Below, piece by piece: positions 1-9,620 of a DNA stretch of 64,000 nt. Where the stretch lies: NCBI GenBank assembly GCA_963748625.1, contig CAVVJT010000002.1, positions 128,001 to 192,000 on the forward strand, in the 5' to 3' direction. The stretch comes from an uncultured Chloroflexia bacterium (lineage in GTDB: Bacteria > Chloroflexota > Limnocylindria > Limnocylindrales > CSP1-4). The notes under the pieces are model-generated. The model saw only the letters and a program-made list of their open reading frames with translations. It did not search any database and was not told where the DNA came from. Each line of letters starts with the position of its first letter. Within the stretch, counting starts at the first letter, position 1. Both the position numbers and the translations under genes were made by a program.

Positions 1-75
1 TTCCCGAATGTCCCCGAGCGCGTGTTCCTGGAGAGTCGGCGGGCACAGTCGATCGCCCGGGGATCCTCGGGCTGA
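1..75 (+). CDS. possible 3' end of a gene entering from the left edge
   Basis: Frame 1 is open with high GC3 (FPNVPERVFLESRRAQSIARGSSG) to TGA at 73-75; too short to assign. Confidence 0.3.
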   Translation, partial: FPNVPERVFLESRRAQSIARGSSG

Positions 76-137
76 GGCGCGCTGGAACCAGCCCGCGACA
101 GGCGCCCTCCCTCTCGCACCACATAGCGCTGCGGCGG

Positions 138-407
138 TCAGTCGCCGCCGAACAGCTTGGCGTAGGCGACGGCGATGCAGATCTTGGACTGGTACCCGGA
201 GCCCTCGCGGCCCATCGAGACCGCGGAGTGGCGGAGCGGCGTCGAGCTCATCGAGAGCAGCCGCAGGCCGCGTTCCGCGGAGAGGCGGGCCGCGTCCTCC
301 GCGATGAAGGTGTAGAGGGCGAGCGGCGCGATCTCCTCGCCGGTGTCCTCGGGCTGGTACAGGACGATGACCTGGCCGTCGCCGGCCGGGAGCTCGGAGC
401 GGTACAT
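138..407 (-). CDS. hypothetical protein (89 aa)
   Basis: C-terminal part of ORF 138..920 (MYRSELPAGDGQVIVLYQ...) has protein-like composition; ATG at 407. Confidence 0.6.
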   Translation of the reverse strand: MYRSELPAGDGQVIVLYQPEDTGEEIAPLALYTFIAEDAARLSAERGLRLLSMSSTPLRHSAVSMGREGSGYQSKICIAVAYAKLFGGD

Positions 408-493
408 GGCGCTGACCCCATCCTGCGGTGATGCCCCGATGATGCGCCGGTCCGCGGGCCGCCGCCCGGCGGGCGCGGCGTAGACTGCGCGCC

Positions 494-1339
494 ATGTCCA
501 CCCTGCGGGTCGCCATCGTCCAACTTGAGGCGCGCGACGACGTCGCCGCCAACCTCGCCCACGCCGCGGCGCTCGCCCGCGAGGCCGCCGCAGGCGCGGA
601 CCTCGTGGTCCTCCCGGAGTACGTCCAGTACCGCGGCTCCGCCGAGGGCTATCGGGCATCCGCGGCGCCCATCCCGGGGCCGACCACCGAGCCGTTTGCG
701 GCGGTCGCGCGTGCGACGGGGACCTGGATCCTGGCCGGCAGCCACGCTGAGGCAACCGCCGATCCGGCCCGCCCGTACAACACCGCCGTCCTGCTCGGCC
801 CCGACGGGAGTGCGGTCGCCACGTATCGCAAGCTGCACCTGTTCGACATCGCCGTGGTGGACGGCCCGGCCGATACGGAGTCGGCGCGCGTGACCCCGGG
901 CGAGGAGGCGGTGGTGGCACAGGCGGCGGGTGCGCTCCTGGGCCTGACGATCTGCTACGACCTGCGCTTCCCGGAGCTGTACCGGGCGCTCGCGCTCGCC
1001 GGCGCGCAGGTCCTCGCGGTGCCCGCCGTCTTCACCGCCCGCACCGGCCGTGACCACTGGGAGCCGCTGCTCCGGGCACGCGCGATCGAGAACGGGGCGT
1101 GGGTCGTGGCCGCCGGCGGTTGCGGGCCGGGCGGCCCGGGCGCGATCCCGGCCTGGGGGCATTCGATGATCGTGGACCCGTGGGGCCGGATCGTGGTCGA
1201 GGCCGGTGACGACGAGGCGATCCTGCGCGCGGAGCTGGATATCGAGCTGGTGGCGCAGACGCGCAGCCAGATCCCCGTCCTGGCGAACCGTCGGCCGGAC
1301 GCGCTCCCGCCGGAGCGCGAGGTCCGCCGGGCAGGGTAG
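494..1339 (+). CDS. carbon-nitrogen hydrolase (nitrilase/Nit1-like amidase)
   Basis: Catalytic triad motifs LPE, YRKLHLFD and TICYDLRFPE; GHSMIVDPWG. Confidence 0.93.
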   Translation: MSTLRVAIVQLEARDDVAANLAHAAALAREAAAGADLVVLPEYVQYRGSAEGYRASAAPIPGPTTEPFAAVARATGTWILAGSHAEATADPARPYNTAVLLGPDGSAVATYRKLHLFDIAVVDGPADTESARVTPGEEAVVAQAAGALLGLTICYDLRFPELYRALALAGAQVLAVPAVFTARTGRDHWEPLLRARAIENGAWVVAAGGCGPGGPGAIPAWGHSMIVDPWGRIVVEAGDDEAILRAELDIELVAQTRSQIPVLANRRPDALPPEREVRRAG

Positions 1340-1421
1340 GCGGCAGGATGGACGCCGCGCGAGCGCGTGGCCCGACGCGGGCCACGCGCGAGGTGGGCCG
1401 GGCGCCCGCAACGCCCGACGA

Positions 1422-2708
1422 TCAGGCCTCGCCGGGGAGCGGCCCCGCAGCGTCCAGGGCGAACGCGAGCACGGCCCTGAGGACCTCGTCGCGCACGGGT
1501 GCCTCCTCCGACGCGAGGTCATGCCCTGCGTCCAGTTCGACGTAGGTCGCTGGTGCCGGGAGGCGTGCGAGGAGACGCCTGGTCTGGGCTGGTCGGCTGA
1601 CCGTGTCCTGCCCGCCCTGGATCGCCAGGACGGGTGCTCGCACGCCCGGCGCGGCGACCTCTGCTGCGTGCGACACCCGGAACAGCTGCTCCAGGGCCAC
1701 GGTGGGAATCCGCAGATCGCGCAGGCCCGCCACGACCGCGGGATCGTCGAGGTCCATGCCGGGCAGGAGGCCCTCCATGCCGCGGCGCACCTCGGCGTCG
1801 GCCAGGTCCATCCGGGAGAACACGGCGAAGCCGGGCGGCAGGAAGACCCGTGCGAGCGGCCCGATGGCCCGCTGCCAGGCCCGCGTGGACCAGCAGAACG
1901 GGGCGAGCAGCACCAGGGCATCGGGGGTCACCTGCGCCGCGGTCGCCAGCGCCAGCGCCCCGCCCACCGAGTGCCCGACCACCACCAGCCGGCGCACCCC
2001 GGCCTCGCGGAGGTGGCCCGCGCCGGCCATCACCGTGGCCGTCCAGTCCTCCAGCCGGTAGTCGGCGATGGCCCGGATGTCCGGCCCGTGACCGGGCAGG
2101 CGCGGCACCTCCACCAGGAACCCGTTCGAGGCGAGGACGGCCGCCAGTGCGCGCATCTCCTTGGGCGACCCGCCGAACCCGTGGACCAGCAGCGCGCCGT
2201 CGACCGGGGCGGAATCGGCGGGGGAGAGCCGGAACGGATCGTGGCCGGAGCCGGTGAACAGTTCCACATCGTCAGGGAGGAGCGGACCGGGCGCCGGGAC
2301 CCAGCGCGCATGCAGCACATCGAAGACCAGCAGGAACGCGCCCTGCACCACGATCCCCAGCCCGGCGCCCGCGCGCCACGGATCACCGCCGGCGGAGGCG
2401 GCGAGCCACACGCCCCCTGACACATAGAGGACGTCCAGCGCGGCGTTGACCAGCAGGATGCGCCGGATGCGCGCGGTCTCCCGGGCACGCGCGGGCTCGT
2501 CACCGATCGTGCGTCGTCGGCCCCGTTCCGCCCCGATGCGGGCCGCCACCCCGATTGCCCCATCGACCGCGCCGAACACCAGGAACATGGCCCCGACTCC
2601 CCGGGCGAACGCATCGCCCGTGGCGAGCATCCAGCTCCCGAGCACGATGGAGAGGAGGGCCCAGGCGATGAGGCGGCGACCAATGATGTCGGCGAAGGCG
2701 TAGATCAC
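1422..2708 (-). CDS. alpha/beta hydrolase (carboxylesterase) with N-terminal ~4-TM domain
   Basis: HGFGGSP oxyanion loop, GHSVGG nucleophile elbow, GGQD and AGHDL; GTG start at 2708; hydrophobic N-terminus. Confidence 0.85.
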   Translation of the reverse strand: MIYAFADIIGRRLIAWALLSIVLGSWMLATGDAFARGVGAMFLVFGAVDGAIGVAARIGAERGRRRTIGDEPARARETARIRRILLVNAALDVLYVSGGVWLAASAGGDPWRAGAGLGIVVQGAFLLVFDVLHARWVPAPGPLLPDDVELFTGSGHDPFRLSPADSAPVDGALLVHGFGGSPKEMRALAAVLASNGFLVEVPRLPGHGPDIRAIADYRLEDWTATVMAGAGHLREAGVRRLVVVGHSVGGALALATAAQVTPDALVLLAPFCWSTRAWQRAIGPLARVFLPPGFAVFSRMDLADAEVRRGMEGLLPGMDLDDPAVVAGLRDLRIPTVALEQLFRVSHAAEVAAPGVRAPVLAIQGGQDTVSRPAQTRRLLARLPAPATYVELDAGHDLASEEAPVRDEVLRAVLAFALDAAGPLPGEA

Positions 2709-2814
2709 GGGCGCGAGTAGACCACGATCAGGCCGTCCGTGGGGCGCGGACAACCGGCCCGCGGCGAGCAGACGGCCGCCGGGTGCGCGCGACCGGCGCA
2801 GCAGGGCCGTGACG

Positions 2815-3863
2815 TCAGGCGGGCACGGACCCCGTGGACCCGCCGCGAACCCAGAGCACCTTGTGGGTGAACGGGACCCGGAACTCGCGGAAGACCTCCT
2901 CGGAGACCAGGAAGCCGGCAAACAGGAAGACCACGCCCAGCAGCTCGCCCAGGAAGAACGTCTCGGTAATGCCGAAGCGCGACAGGCCACTGGTGAGCGA
3001 CGGGATGAAGCCGCCGATGGCGAGCAGGATCGTGGCCGGCACGCGGGAGTGCAGCTTGCCCGCGAACAGCGCCCGGACGTGCCCGGGATGGACGCGACCA
3101 GGTTCACCGGGAACGCCACCACCGAGATCGCCACGTTGGCGAGGAACGTCCCGACCCCGTGGCGGCGCGTCAGGTCGTAGCGGATCACGCGCTTCTTGGG
3201 CATGAACACGTACGTGCTGTAGAGCGCGCCCAGCGCGAGGGCGAAGCCGCCGGTCACGTTGAACAGAGGGGTCAGCAGGCGGACCGAGCCCGGCATCAGC
3301 GAGCCCACCGGGATGCCGTTGGGGTCGAGTGCGTAGCCGGGCGGGGGGAGCTGGGCCGTGAAGACGATCGGGATGGCGATGATGGAGCCGCCGATGATCA
3401 GCACGCCCGCGATGCGCGCCCAGTGCCCGGTTCCCCGGTACGTCTCGATGACGATGAGGATGGCGCCCAGGACGGCGATGCCGAAGGCGATGTAGGGCAG
3501 CATGCCGGTGTCCGTGTACTGCGCCTTCACCTGCGACAGGTAGGTGAACAGGCCCGCCAGCAGGACGCTGAATGCCGCCGCATAGCCGAAGCGGGTCTTG
3601 CCCAGCAGGTACATCGTGCCCAGGCCCAGCCACGCGGCCACGTAGATGGCACCGATGAGGTACCAGGTCTTGTAGAGGGGCTCGCTCCAGCCGAAGGCGC
3701 CGCCCCAGAACTCGGTGCCGGCCGAGATGCCGTACCACAGCATCCCGAAGGTCCAGATGAGCTGGTACGACCGCCGGCGCTCGAGCCACTGGTCCAGCAG
3801 GAACAGGGCGAAGACGAACGACAGCATGGACGACAGGAAGGGAAGGACGACGTTCCAGTTCAC
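2815..3863 (-). CDS. multi-pass membrane protein, frameshifted near 3080
   Basis: MNWNVVLPFLSS... continues in the other frame as VRALFAGKLHSRVPATILLAIGG...; stop at 2815. Confidence 0.75.
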
Positions 3864-3957
3864 CGGGGCACCTCATTGGGCCGGGACACGGCCGGTGCGG
3901 GCAGCGTAGTCAAGACACGTCGGATTGCGGCCGGGTCCACCGGACCGAAGGAGGCGG

Positions 3958-4030
3958 CCATCCGGCCCGACCCGTGCCCGATTCACCCAGGTTTCACGGG
4001 AACCCCATCCGCCGGTGCTGGAGGTGCGAA
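3958..4030 (+). promoter_or_regulatory. tandem SigK-like ECF promoters upstream of the fasciclin gene
   Basis: CCATCC-N15-GCGAA (4005-4030) and CCATCC-N14-CCGAT (3958-3982), similar to mycobacterial SigK consensus CCATCC-N15-CCGAA. Confidence 0.5.
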
Positions 4031-4112
4031 GAGTTGGGTGAGCCGGCGTCACCGCAAAGGCCACCGGATCACCAGCCCATCGCCAGCCATCACCTGACCA
4101 GGAGCCAGCACC

Positions 4113-4772
4113 GTGAACATCCGCAGGACCGTCTCGCTCGCCCTCGTCGGCGCCGCCCTTGTCACCGCCACCGCCGTTCCGGCCGTGTCGGCCGCGACGC
4201 CCGTCGACGGCCCGGCCGGCTCCGTTCTCGACGTCCTCGAGGCCGACGGCACCGCGTTCGACTCGAACTGGTACGACTACGACATCCTCGAGGCGGCAGC
4301 CCGAGCGGTCGTTGATGCCAAGGGTGTCGGCGGCACCACTGTTGCTGCTCTCGCGAACCCCGATTTCGCAGGGACTGTCTTCGCCCCCAACGACCGTGCG
4401 TTCCAGGTCCTGGCTCGTGAGTTGACGGGCAAGTGGTACGGCACCGAGGCCGGCGTGGTGAACGGCATCGTCACCGCGCTCGGCGCGGGCGCAATCGACA
4501 CCCTCGAGAATGTCCTGCTCTACCACGTCGTGGGCGGCAAGACGACCTTCGCCCAGGCGAAGGCCCTCAGCGGCGAGTCCGTGCCCACGGTCCTCGGCCC
4601 CACGATCAAGCTCAAGTACTACGGCTGGATCAACACGCTGGTCCTCGCCGACAAGGACACCAACGACCTCAACCCGTGGGTCGTGAACAGCAAGCGCAAC
4701 ATCGAGACCTCGAACGGCAAGAGCATCATCCACGGCATCTCCCTGGTGCTCCGCCCGGCCGACCTGCCCTGA
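4113..4772 (+). CDS. secreted fasciclin (FAS1) domain protein
   Basis: Signal peptide; TVFAPNDRAF, LLYHVV and IIHGISLVL are FAS1 H1/YH/H2 motifs; AGGAG RBS. Confidence 0.92.
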   Translation: MNIRRTVSLALVGAALVTATAVPAVSAATPVDGPAGSVLDVLEADGTAFDSNWYDYDILEAAARAVVDAKGVGGTTVAALANPDFAGTVFAPNDRAFQVLARELTGKWYGTEAGVVNGIVTALGAGAIDTLENVLLYHVVGGKTTFAQAKALSGESVPTVLGPTIKLKYYGWINTLVLADKDTNDLNPWVVNSKRNIETSNGKSIIHGISLVLRPADLP

Positions 4773-4813
4773 CCTCCCGCGGGCGTGTCCCCGCCCGCCT
4801 TCAGCGTCCCGCG

Positions 4814-4845
4814 ACGGGGCCGGCCACCAGGCCGGCCCCGTTCTC
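4814..4845 (+). terminator. intrinsic terminator-like hairpin
   Basis: ACGGGGCCGGCC-ACCA-GGCCGGCCCCGT followed by TCTC, after the fasciclin stop. Confidence 0.65.
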
Positions 4846-4953
4846 CTGTCCGCAGGTTGTCCACGCCGTCCGGCACCCGGCCCGGGAGCCCGATTAAGCC
4901 GCGCATGAGTGGGGATTGGGTCCGCGGTGAGTGGCCCTCGTCACGCTCGGGCC

Positions 4954-5652
4954 ATGAACGATCGAGACAGGCGACGAGCCAAGCGCCAGCGCAAGGCCGG
5001 CAAGGACTACACGACGGTAGACCTGGGCAACGGTGTCCAGCAGGCACGGCCCGACGAGGTGCTGCGGGCCATGGGCGGCCTGCCACCCGACCTCGACTGG
5101 GAGACCCTGGCGCCCAACGTGATTCCCATCCTCCCCAGGCGGCGGCCGCTGCCTCCGTCGGCAGGCGCCCCGTTCCGGGTCACGCTGCCGCCCGGCATCC
5201 CGACGGGCTTCGGCATCGACATCGGGCCCGCGTTCCTCGTGGTCGGCGAGTCGCTGCTCGACGGGTGGTCCGTTGAGGGCGTGGATCTGGTTGCCACGGC
5301 CCTCGAGAACCTCCGCGACCGCGTCCACGGCCTGCGGCCCCGCGACCTCCACCGGGACCGGATCGACGGCGTCCCCGTGCGCATCCTGCAGTCAGGGCTG
5401 GGCTGTGCCTCGGCGCTCATCCTGCTCCCCGACGAGCTCGGGCGCCTGTTCGGGCGCGAGCCCCAGCTGCTCGTGGCGCCCATGCGCGACCTGCTCATCT
5501 CGCTGCCGGCTGACGTGGACCGCGCCTTCGCGGCCTGGCTCAACGACGAGTTCGCGCAGATGGACCCCAACGGGCTCGCGCTCGACGCCTTCGCGTTCGA
5601 CGGTGCCGAGGTGCGCTACGAGCCCTTCGGGCCGCCGTCCACCGTCCACTGA
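4954..5652 (+). CDS. hypothetical protein (possibly DUF1444-like)
   Basis: Clean ORF with high GC3; ALENL and VAPMRDLL segments are reminiscent of the family. Confidence 0.7.
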   Translation: MNDRDRRRAKRQRKAGKDYTTVDLGNGVQQARPDEVLRAMGGLPPDLDWETLAPNVIPILPRRRPLPPSAGAPFRVTLPPGIPTGFGIDIGPAFLVVGESLLDGWSVEGVDLVATALENLRDRVHGLRPRDLHRDRIDGVPVRILQSGLGCASALILLPDELGRLFGREPQLLVAPMRDLLISLPADVDRAFAAWLNDEFAQMDPNGLALDAFAFDGAEVRYEPFGPPSTVH

Positions 5653-5728
5653 CCACCCCGCGCTCCCTGACCGCCTCCCGTGCCCTGCGGGGCGCTACCC
5701 TGCGACGAACGGGAGGCGGAGGGCGTCG

Positions 5729-6367
5729 ATGACGGGAACGGGCACGGGCCGGGGCCGGCCGCTGCGGTACGAGGGCTACCGGTCCTGGGGCTGGCTGGAG
5801 CCCGGCCGGGACGTCCGGGCCTTCGACCTGGCGTCGGAGACTGCGCGGGTGCCGCCGTTCATCGTCGAGGTCAGCGGGGCCCAGGAGGCCCGCGCCTGGA
5901 ACCTCCTCGCCGCGCATCCCGCCATCTCGCTGCACGACCACCTGGAGGTGGCGCCCGACGACATCCGCCTCCAGGACGAGTGGGTCCGCGATGGGCATCC
6001 GGCCACCGGCTACGAGGGGCTGGCGCGATCCGGCCTGGCGGCCGTGTTCGAGAACTTCGGGGACGGCAGCGCCACCATGCGCCACTTCGAGTACTGCGTG
6101 GACCTCGTGGGCATCGATGCGGTGACGTTCGGGCCGGACACGTTCTTCGGCGATCACGCGGGCTCGTACGGGATCCCGTCGGGTGCCCTGCTCGCGTCGG
6201 GCGACTCGGACTACGACGCCATCGTGCCCGAGTATGTCGTGGGGCTGGAGAACCCCGGTGACTACCCGAACATCGTCCGCTGGCTCGTGAAGCACGGGTA
6301 CAGTGAAACGGAGATCTCCAAGGTCATCGGTGGCAACACCCTGCGGGTGCTCGAGGAGGCGTGGTGA
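5729..6367 (+). pseudogene. membrane dipeptidase (peptidase M19) with large in-frame internal deletion
   Basis: N-terminal ISLHDH and C-terminal HFEYCVDLVGIDAVTFGPD...IGGNTLRVL are present, but the protein is only 212 aa; the central barrel is missing. Confidence 0.7.
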
Positions 6368-8535
6368 TCGCGGGCTCGCACCCCCAGGTTCCGGGGTGGC
6401 TCACCCGATCCGCGGCGGTCGGCTGGCGGATCGGCGCGCTCGCCGGCGTCGTCATCGTTGCGGGCGCAGTCGCGTACGCGGTGCCGGTGTCCACGACGGC
6501 CACGCTGGTGTCGCTCGTCATGGCCGCCGCCCTTGCGCCGACGACCCTGCGCCTGCGGCGGGCTGGACGCTCGCCCGCGGTCGCGGCCGCCGTGTCGTTC
6601 GGGGCTGGCGCCGCACTCGTCCTGGGCGCGGTCGCGTTGCTCGCCCTGGTGCTGGTGCCTGACCTGCTCGCCGTGACGGCGGCCGTGGAGCAGGGTCTCC
6701 AGACCGTGGGCGACCGGCTTGCCGAGGGCAATACGCCCGACGTGCTCGTGGACGTCCTGGCGGCCATCGGGGCGTCCCTGGGCGCCGCGTTCGAGCCCGA
6801 CCTCGGTGCCCTCGTGGGCACGGCGGCGAGCGTGATCACGGTGCTCGTGCTCGGGACCTTCCTGACCTACTTCCTGCTCGCCGACGGCGATCGGGGCTGG
6901 CGGTGGGCCACCTCCTTCGTGCCCGCCGACCGTGCCTCGGACCTGACCACGGCGGCCGGGGACGGCCTCAACCGGGTGGCCGCCTACGTGCGGCGGACCG
7001 CGGTCCTGGCCGTGCTCGACGGGGTGGTGGTCTGGGTGATCCTCGTGCTCGTGGGCGTCCCGCTCGCCGGCGCCCTCGCCGCGGTCGCGTTCCTGGCCGG
7101 GTTCGTGCCGTACATCGGCGCCGTGGTGGGCGGGGCCACGGTGATCCTGGCCGCGCTCGCCCTGGGCGGCTTCGGCCCGGCGCTCGCGGTAGCCGCGGGC
7201 CTCGTCCTCTCGTGGGTCGTGGGGACCCGGCTGCTCGAGCGCACCTCGATGAGCCGGGCCGTGGACGTGAACCCGGTGCTCGTGCTCGTGGCGCTGCCCG
7301 CCGGGATCGCGCTGTTCGGGGTGCTCGGCCTCCTGGCGCTGCTCCCGACCACCGTCTTCGTGCTGGCGGTCGCGCGCTCGGTCGTGGCCGCCATCGACCT
7401 GGCCCCGGCCGACACGATCAGCGCGGACTCCGCAGGACGCGAGAACGCGATTCCGCGCTGGCTCGACCGCCTGGCCCAGTGGTCATGGCGGCTGCTGGTG
7501 CTCGTCGGCCTCGGCTGGCTGGCGATCGCCGCGGTGGAGCGGGTGGCGTTCGTGGTGGTCCCGGCGATCATCGCCATCGTCGGCACGGCGACGCTCCTGG
7601 GAGCCGTGGACCGGCTCGCTGCCGGCGGACGGATGTCACGCGGTGTGGCAACCGTGTTTGCCAGCGCCGTCGTGCTCGGGTTCATCCTGCTGGTCGTCGG
7701 GGCCGCCATCGCGATGAGCCTGGGGCCGCTGCGCGAGGTTGCGGCCACGGCCGCCGAGGGCGCCGCAGATCTCGGCCTCATCGTGCTGCGCAACGCCGTC
7801 GTGGATCTGCTGGCCGGGCTGGAGGTGGGCGCGCTGCGCCTGGCCGCGAGCGCCGCGGGGCTCCTCCTCGGGACGGTCCTGTCCGCGCTGCTGACGTTCT
7901 TCCTGCTACGGGACGGGCGGACCTGGTGGCGGAGATCCCTGTCCCGCGTCGCCGGGCCCAGGCGGGCGCCACTCGCGACAGCGGGCCGCCTCGCAGTAAC
8001 CCGGATGGGCGGTTACATGAAGGGGACGGCGATCATCTCCGCGTTCGGCGCGATTACCAGCGGCCTGATGATGGTGTTCCTGGGCCTGCCGCTGGCGCTG
8101 CCGATCACCGTGTTCGGCTTCCTCGCAGGCTTCATCCCGTACGTCGGGAACCTCCTGACAACGGCGATCGCACTGCTCGTCGCAATCGCCGTGGGCACCA
8201 CCAGCGACATCGTCGTGATGCTGGTCTTCACCGTCGTGTTCAACATTGCGCAGGGGAACTTCGTCACCCCGCTCGTCTACGGAAAGAGCCTGGCCCTGCA
8301 CCCGGCGGTCGTGCTGATGGCCATCCCGGTGGGCAGCGAGATCGCCGGAATCCTGGGCATGTTCCTCGTGGTGCCGCTGGCCGCCATCGTGGCTGCGACG
8401 TGGCGCCTGGTGCTCGCCGCGATCGATCCGCCGGTCCCCGCGATCAGTGCGCCGCTTCCCCTGCCCGACGGCCCCTCGAACGGTGGCCCGGACCCAGTTG
8501 GCGCGTCTCGCTTGGGGGGTGGCCCGGGCGCCTGA
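6361..8535 (+). CDS. AI-2E family transporter, two fused tandem units
   Basis: Two repeats, each starting P.WL.R.A...WR and containing F(F)LL.DG, GF.PY.G and (N/H)P. Confidence 0.85.
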   Translation: MVIAGSHPQVPGWLTRSAAVGWRIGALAGVVIVAGAVAYAVPVSTTATLVSLVMAAALAPTTLRLRRAGRSPAVAAAVSFGAGAALVLGAVALLALVLVPDLLAVTAAVEQGLQTVGDRLAEGNTPDVLVDVLAAIGASLGAAFEPDLGALVGTAASVITVLVLGTFLTYFLLADGDRGWRWATSFVPADRASDLTTAAGDGLNRVAAYVRRTAVLAVLDGVVVWVILVLVGVPLAGALAAVAFLAGFVPYIGAVVGGATVILAALALGGFGPALAVAAGLVLSWVVGTRLLERTSMSRAVDVNPVLVLVALPAGIALFGVLGLLALLPTTVFVLAVARSVVAAIDLAPADTISADSAGRENAIPRWLDRLAQWSWRLLVLVGLGWLAIAAVERVAFVVVPAIIAIVGTATLLGAVDRLAAGGRMSRGVATVFASAVVLGFILLVVGAAIAMSLGPLREVAATAAEGAADLGLIVLRNAVVDLLAGLEVGALRLAASAAGLLLGTVLSALLTFFLLRDGRTWWRRSLSRVAGPRRAPLATAGRLAVTRMGGYMKGTAIISAFGAITSGLMMVFLGLPLALPITVFGFLAGFIPYVGNLLTTAIALLVAIAVGTTSDIVVMLVFTVVFNIAQGNFVTPLVYGKSLALHPAVVLMAIPVGSEIAGILGMFLVVPLAAIVAATWRLVLAAIDPPVPAISAPLPLPDGPSNGGPDPVGASRLGGGPGA

Positions 8536-8611
8536 AAGGACCGACACTGGGGGGCGACGGGTGCCCGTGACCGATGTCCGGGCCCGTCTCTGCGGGAGGC
8601 TACCGCTCGCC

Positions 8612-9613
8612 ATGCTCAACGGCCTGATCCTGTTCGCCGGCATCGTCATCCTGATCGCCAGCCTTGCCTACGGCCTCGTGCTCCCGATCGCCCGATCGGC
8701 TGCCGACGTGCGAAGCGGCTCCCGCAATGTGAGCCCGGGAGCCGGGCCGGGCAAGAAGCACCTCGCGGGCACGGTGGCAGGCTCGATCGTGGGCGCCGTG
8801 CTGATCACGATCGGCATCGCGGGCCCATTCGTCGAGGTCCCCGCGGGCAACGTGGGCGTCGTCATGAACTTCGGCTCGGTCCAGGAGGGGACGCTGCAGC
8901 CGGGCCTCCACATCGTCACCCCGATCGTGCAGTCGGTCGCGCTGGTGGACACCCGCGTGCAGCCGCACCAGTTCCAGGAGATCGACGCGGCATCCAGCGA
9001 GTATCAGACGGTCAAGCTGACCGGCACGATGAACTATCACGTGGACGGCCAGTTCGCGTCCGACCTCTACCAGCGGGTGGGCACGGAGTTCGCCTCGCGC
9101 GTCATCGACCCGGCCTTCAACGACTACATCAAGACCGTCGTGCCGCGCTATGCGGTGGACGACATCCTGGGCAAGCGCGATGAGATCCGCATCCAGGCGA
9201 AGAGCGCCCTGTCCGAGAACCTCGCCCAGTACCACATCATCGTGGACGACATCTACATCGCGAACATCTCGTTCTCGCCCGAGTTCCAGGCGGCCATCGA
9301 GAGCAAGCAGGTGGCCCAGCAGCAGGTCCAGACCGAGCAGCAGGTCCTCGCCCAGAAGCAGATCCAGGCGCAGCAGGCGGTCGTGGCCGCCCAGGGCCAG
9401 GCGGACTCGCAGGTCATCGTCGCGAAGGGCCAGGCCGAGTCGAACCGCCAGCTGGCAGCCTCGCTGTCGGATCCGGTCCTCCAGTACCAGTTGATCAACA
9501 AGCTGAGCGACAAGATCAACGTGATGCTGGTCCCGTCGGGCAACGGGTTCATCCTCGACCTCAAGAGCCTGACCGGCCAGACGTCCACGCCGAGCCCGTC
9601 CGCCGCCCCGTGA
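8612..9613 (+). CDS. SPFH/prohibitin family membrane protein
   Basis: N-terminal TM helices; VPAGNVGVV..FG, PGLH, FSPEFQAAIESKQVAQQ and a coiled-coil. Confidence 0.92.
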   Translation: MLNGLILFAGIVILIASLAYGLVLPIARSAADVRSGSRNVSPGAGPGKKHLAGTVAGSIVGAVLITIGIAGPFVEVPAGNVGVVMNFGSVQEGTLQPGLHIVTPIVQSVALVDTRVQPHQFQEIDAASSEYQTVKLTGTMNYHVDGQFASDLYQRVGTEFASRVIDPAFNDYIKTVVPRYAVDDILGKRDEIRIQAKSALSENLAQYHIIVDDIYIANISFSPEFQAAIESKQVAQQQVQTEQQVLAQKQIQAQQAVVAAQGQADSQVIVAKGQAESNRQLAASLSDPVLQYQLINKLSDKINVMLVPSGNGFILDLKSLTGQTSTPSPSAAP

Positions 9614-9620
9614 CGGCCGG

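Noticed and set aside
1422-3863. 813-aa membrane protein-esterase fusion
   Set aside because: A frameshift near 3080 links two separate genes through a non-protein-like segment
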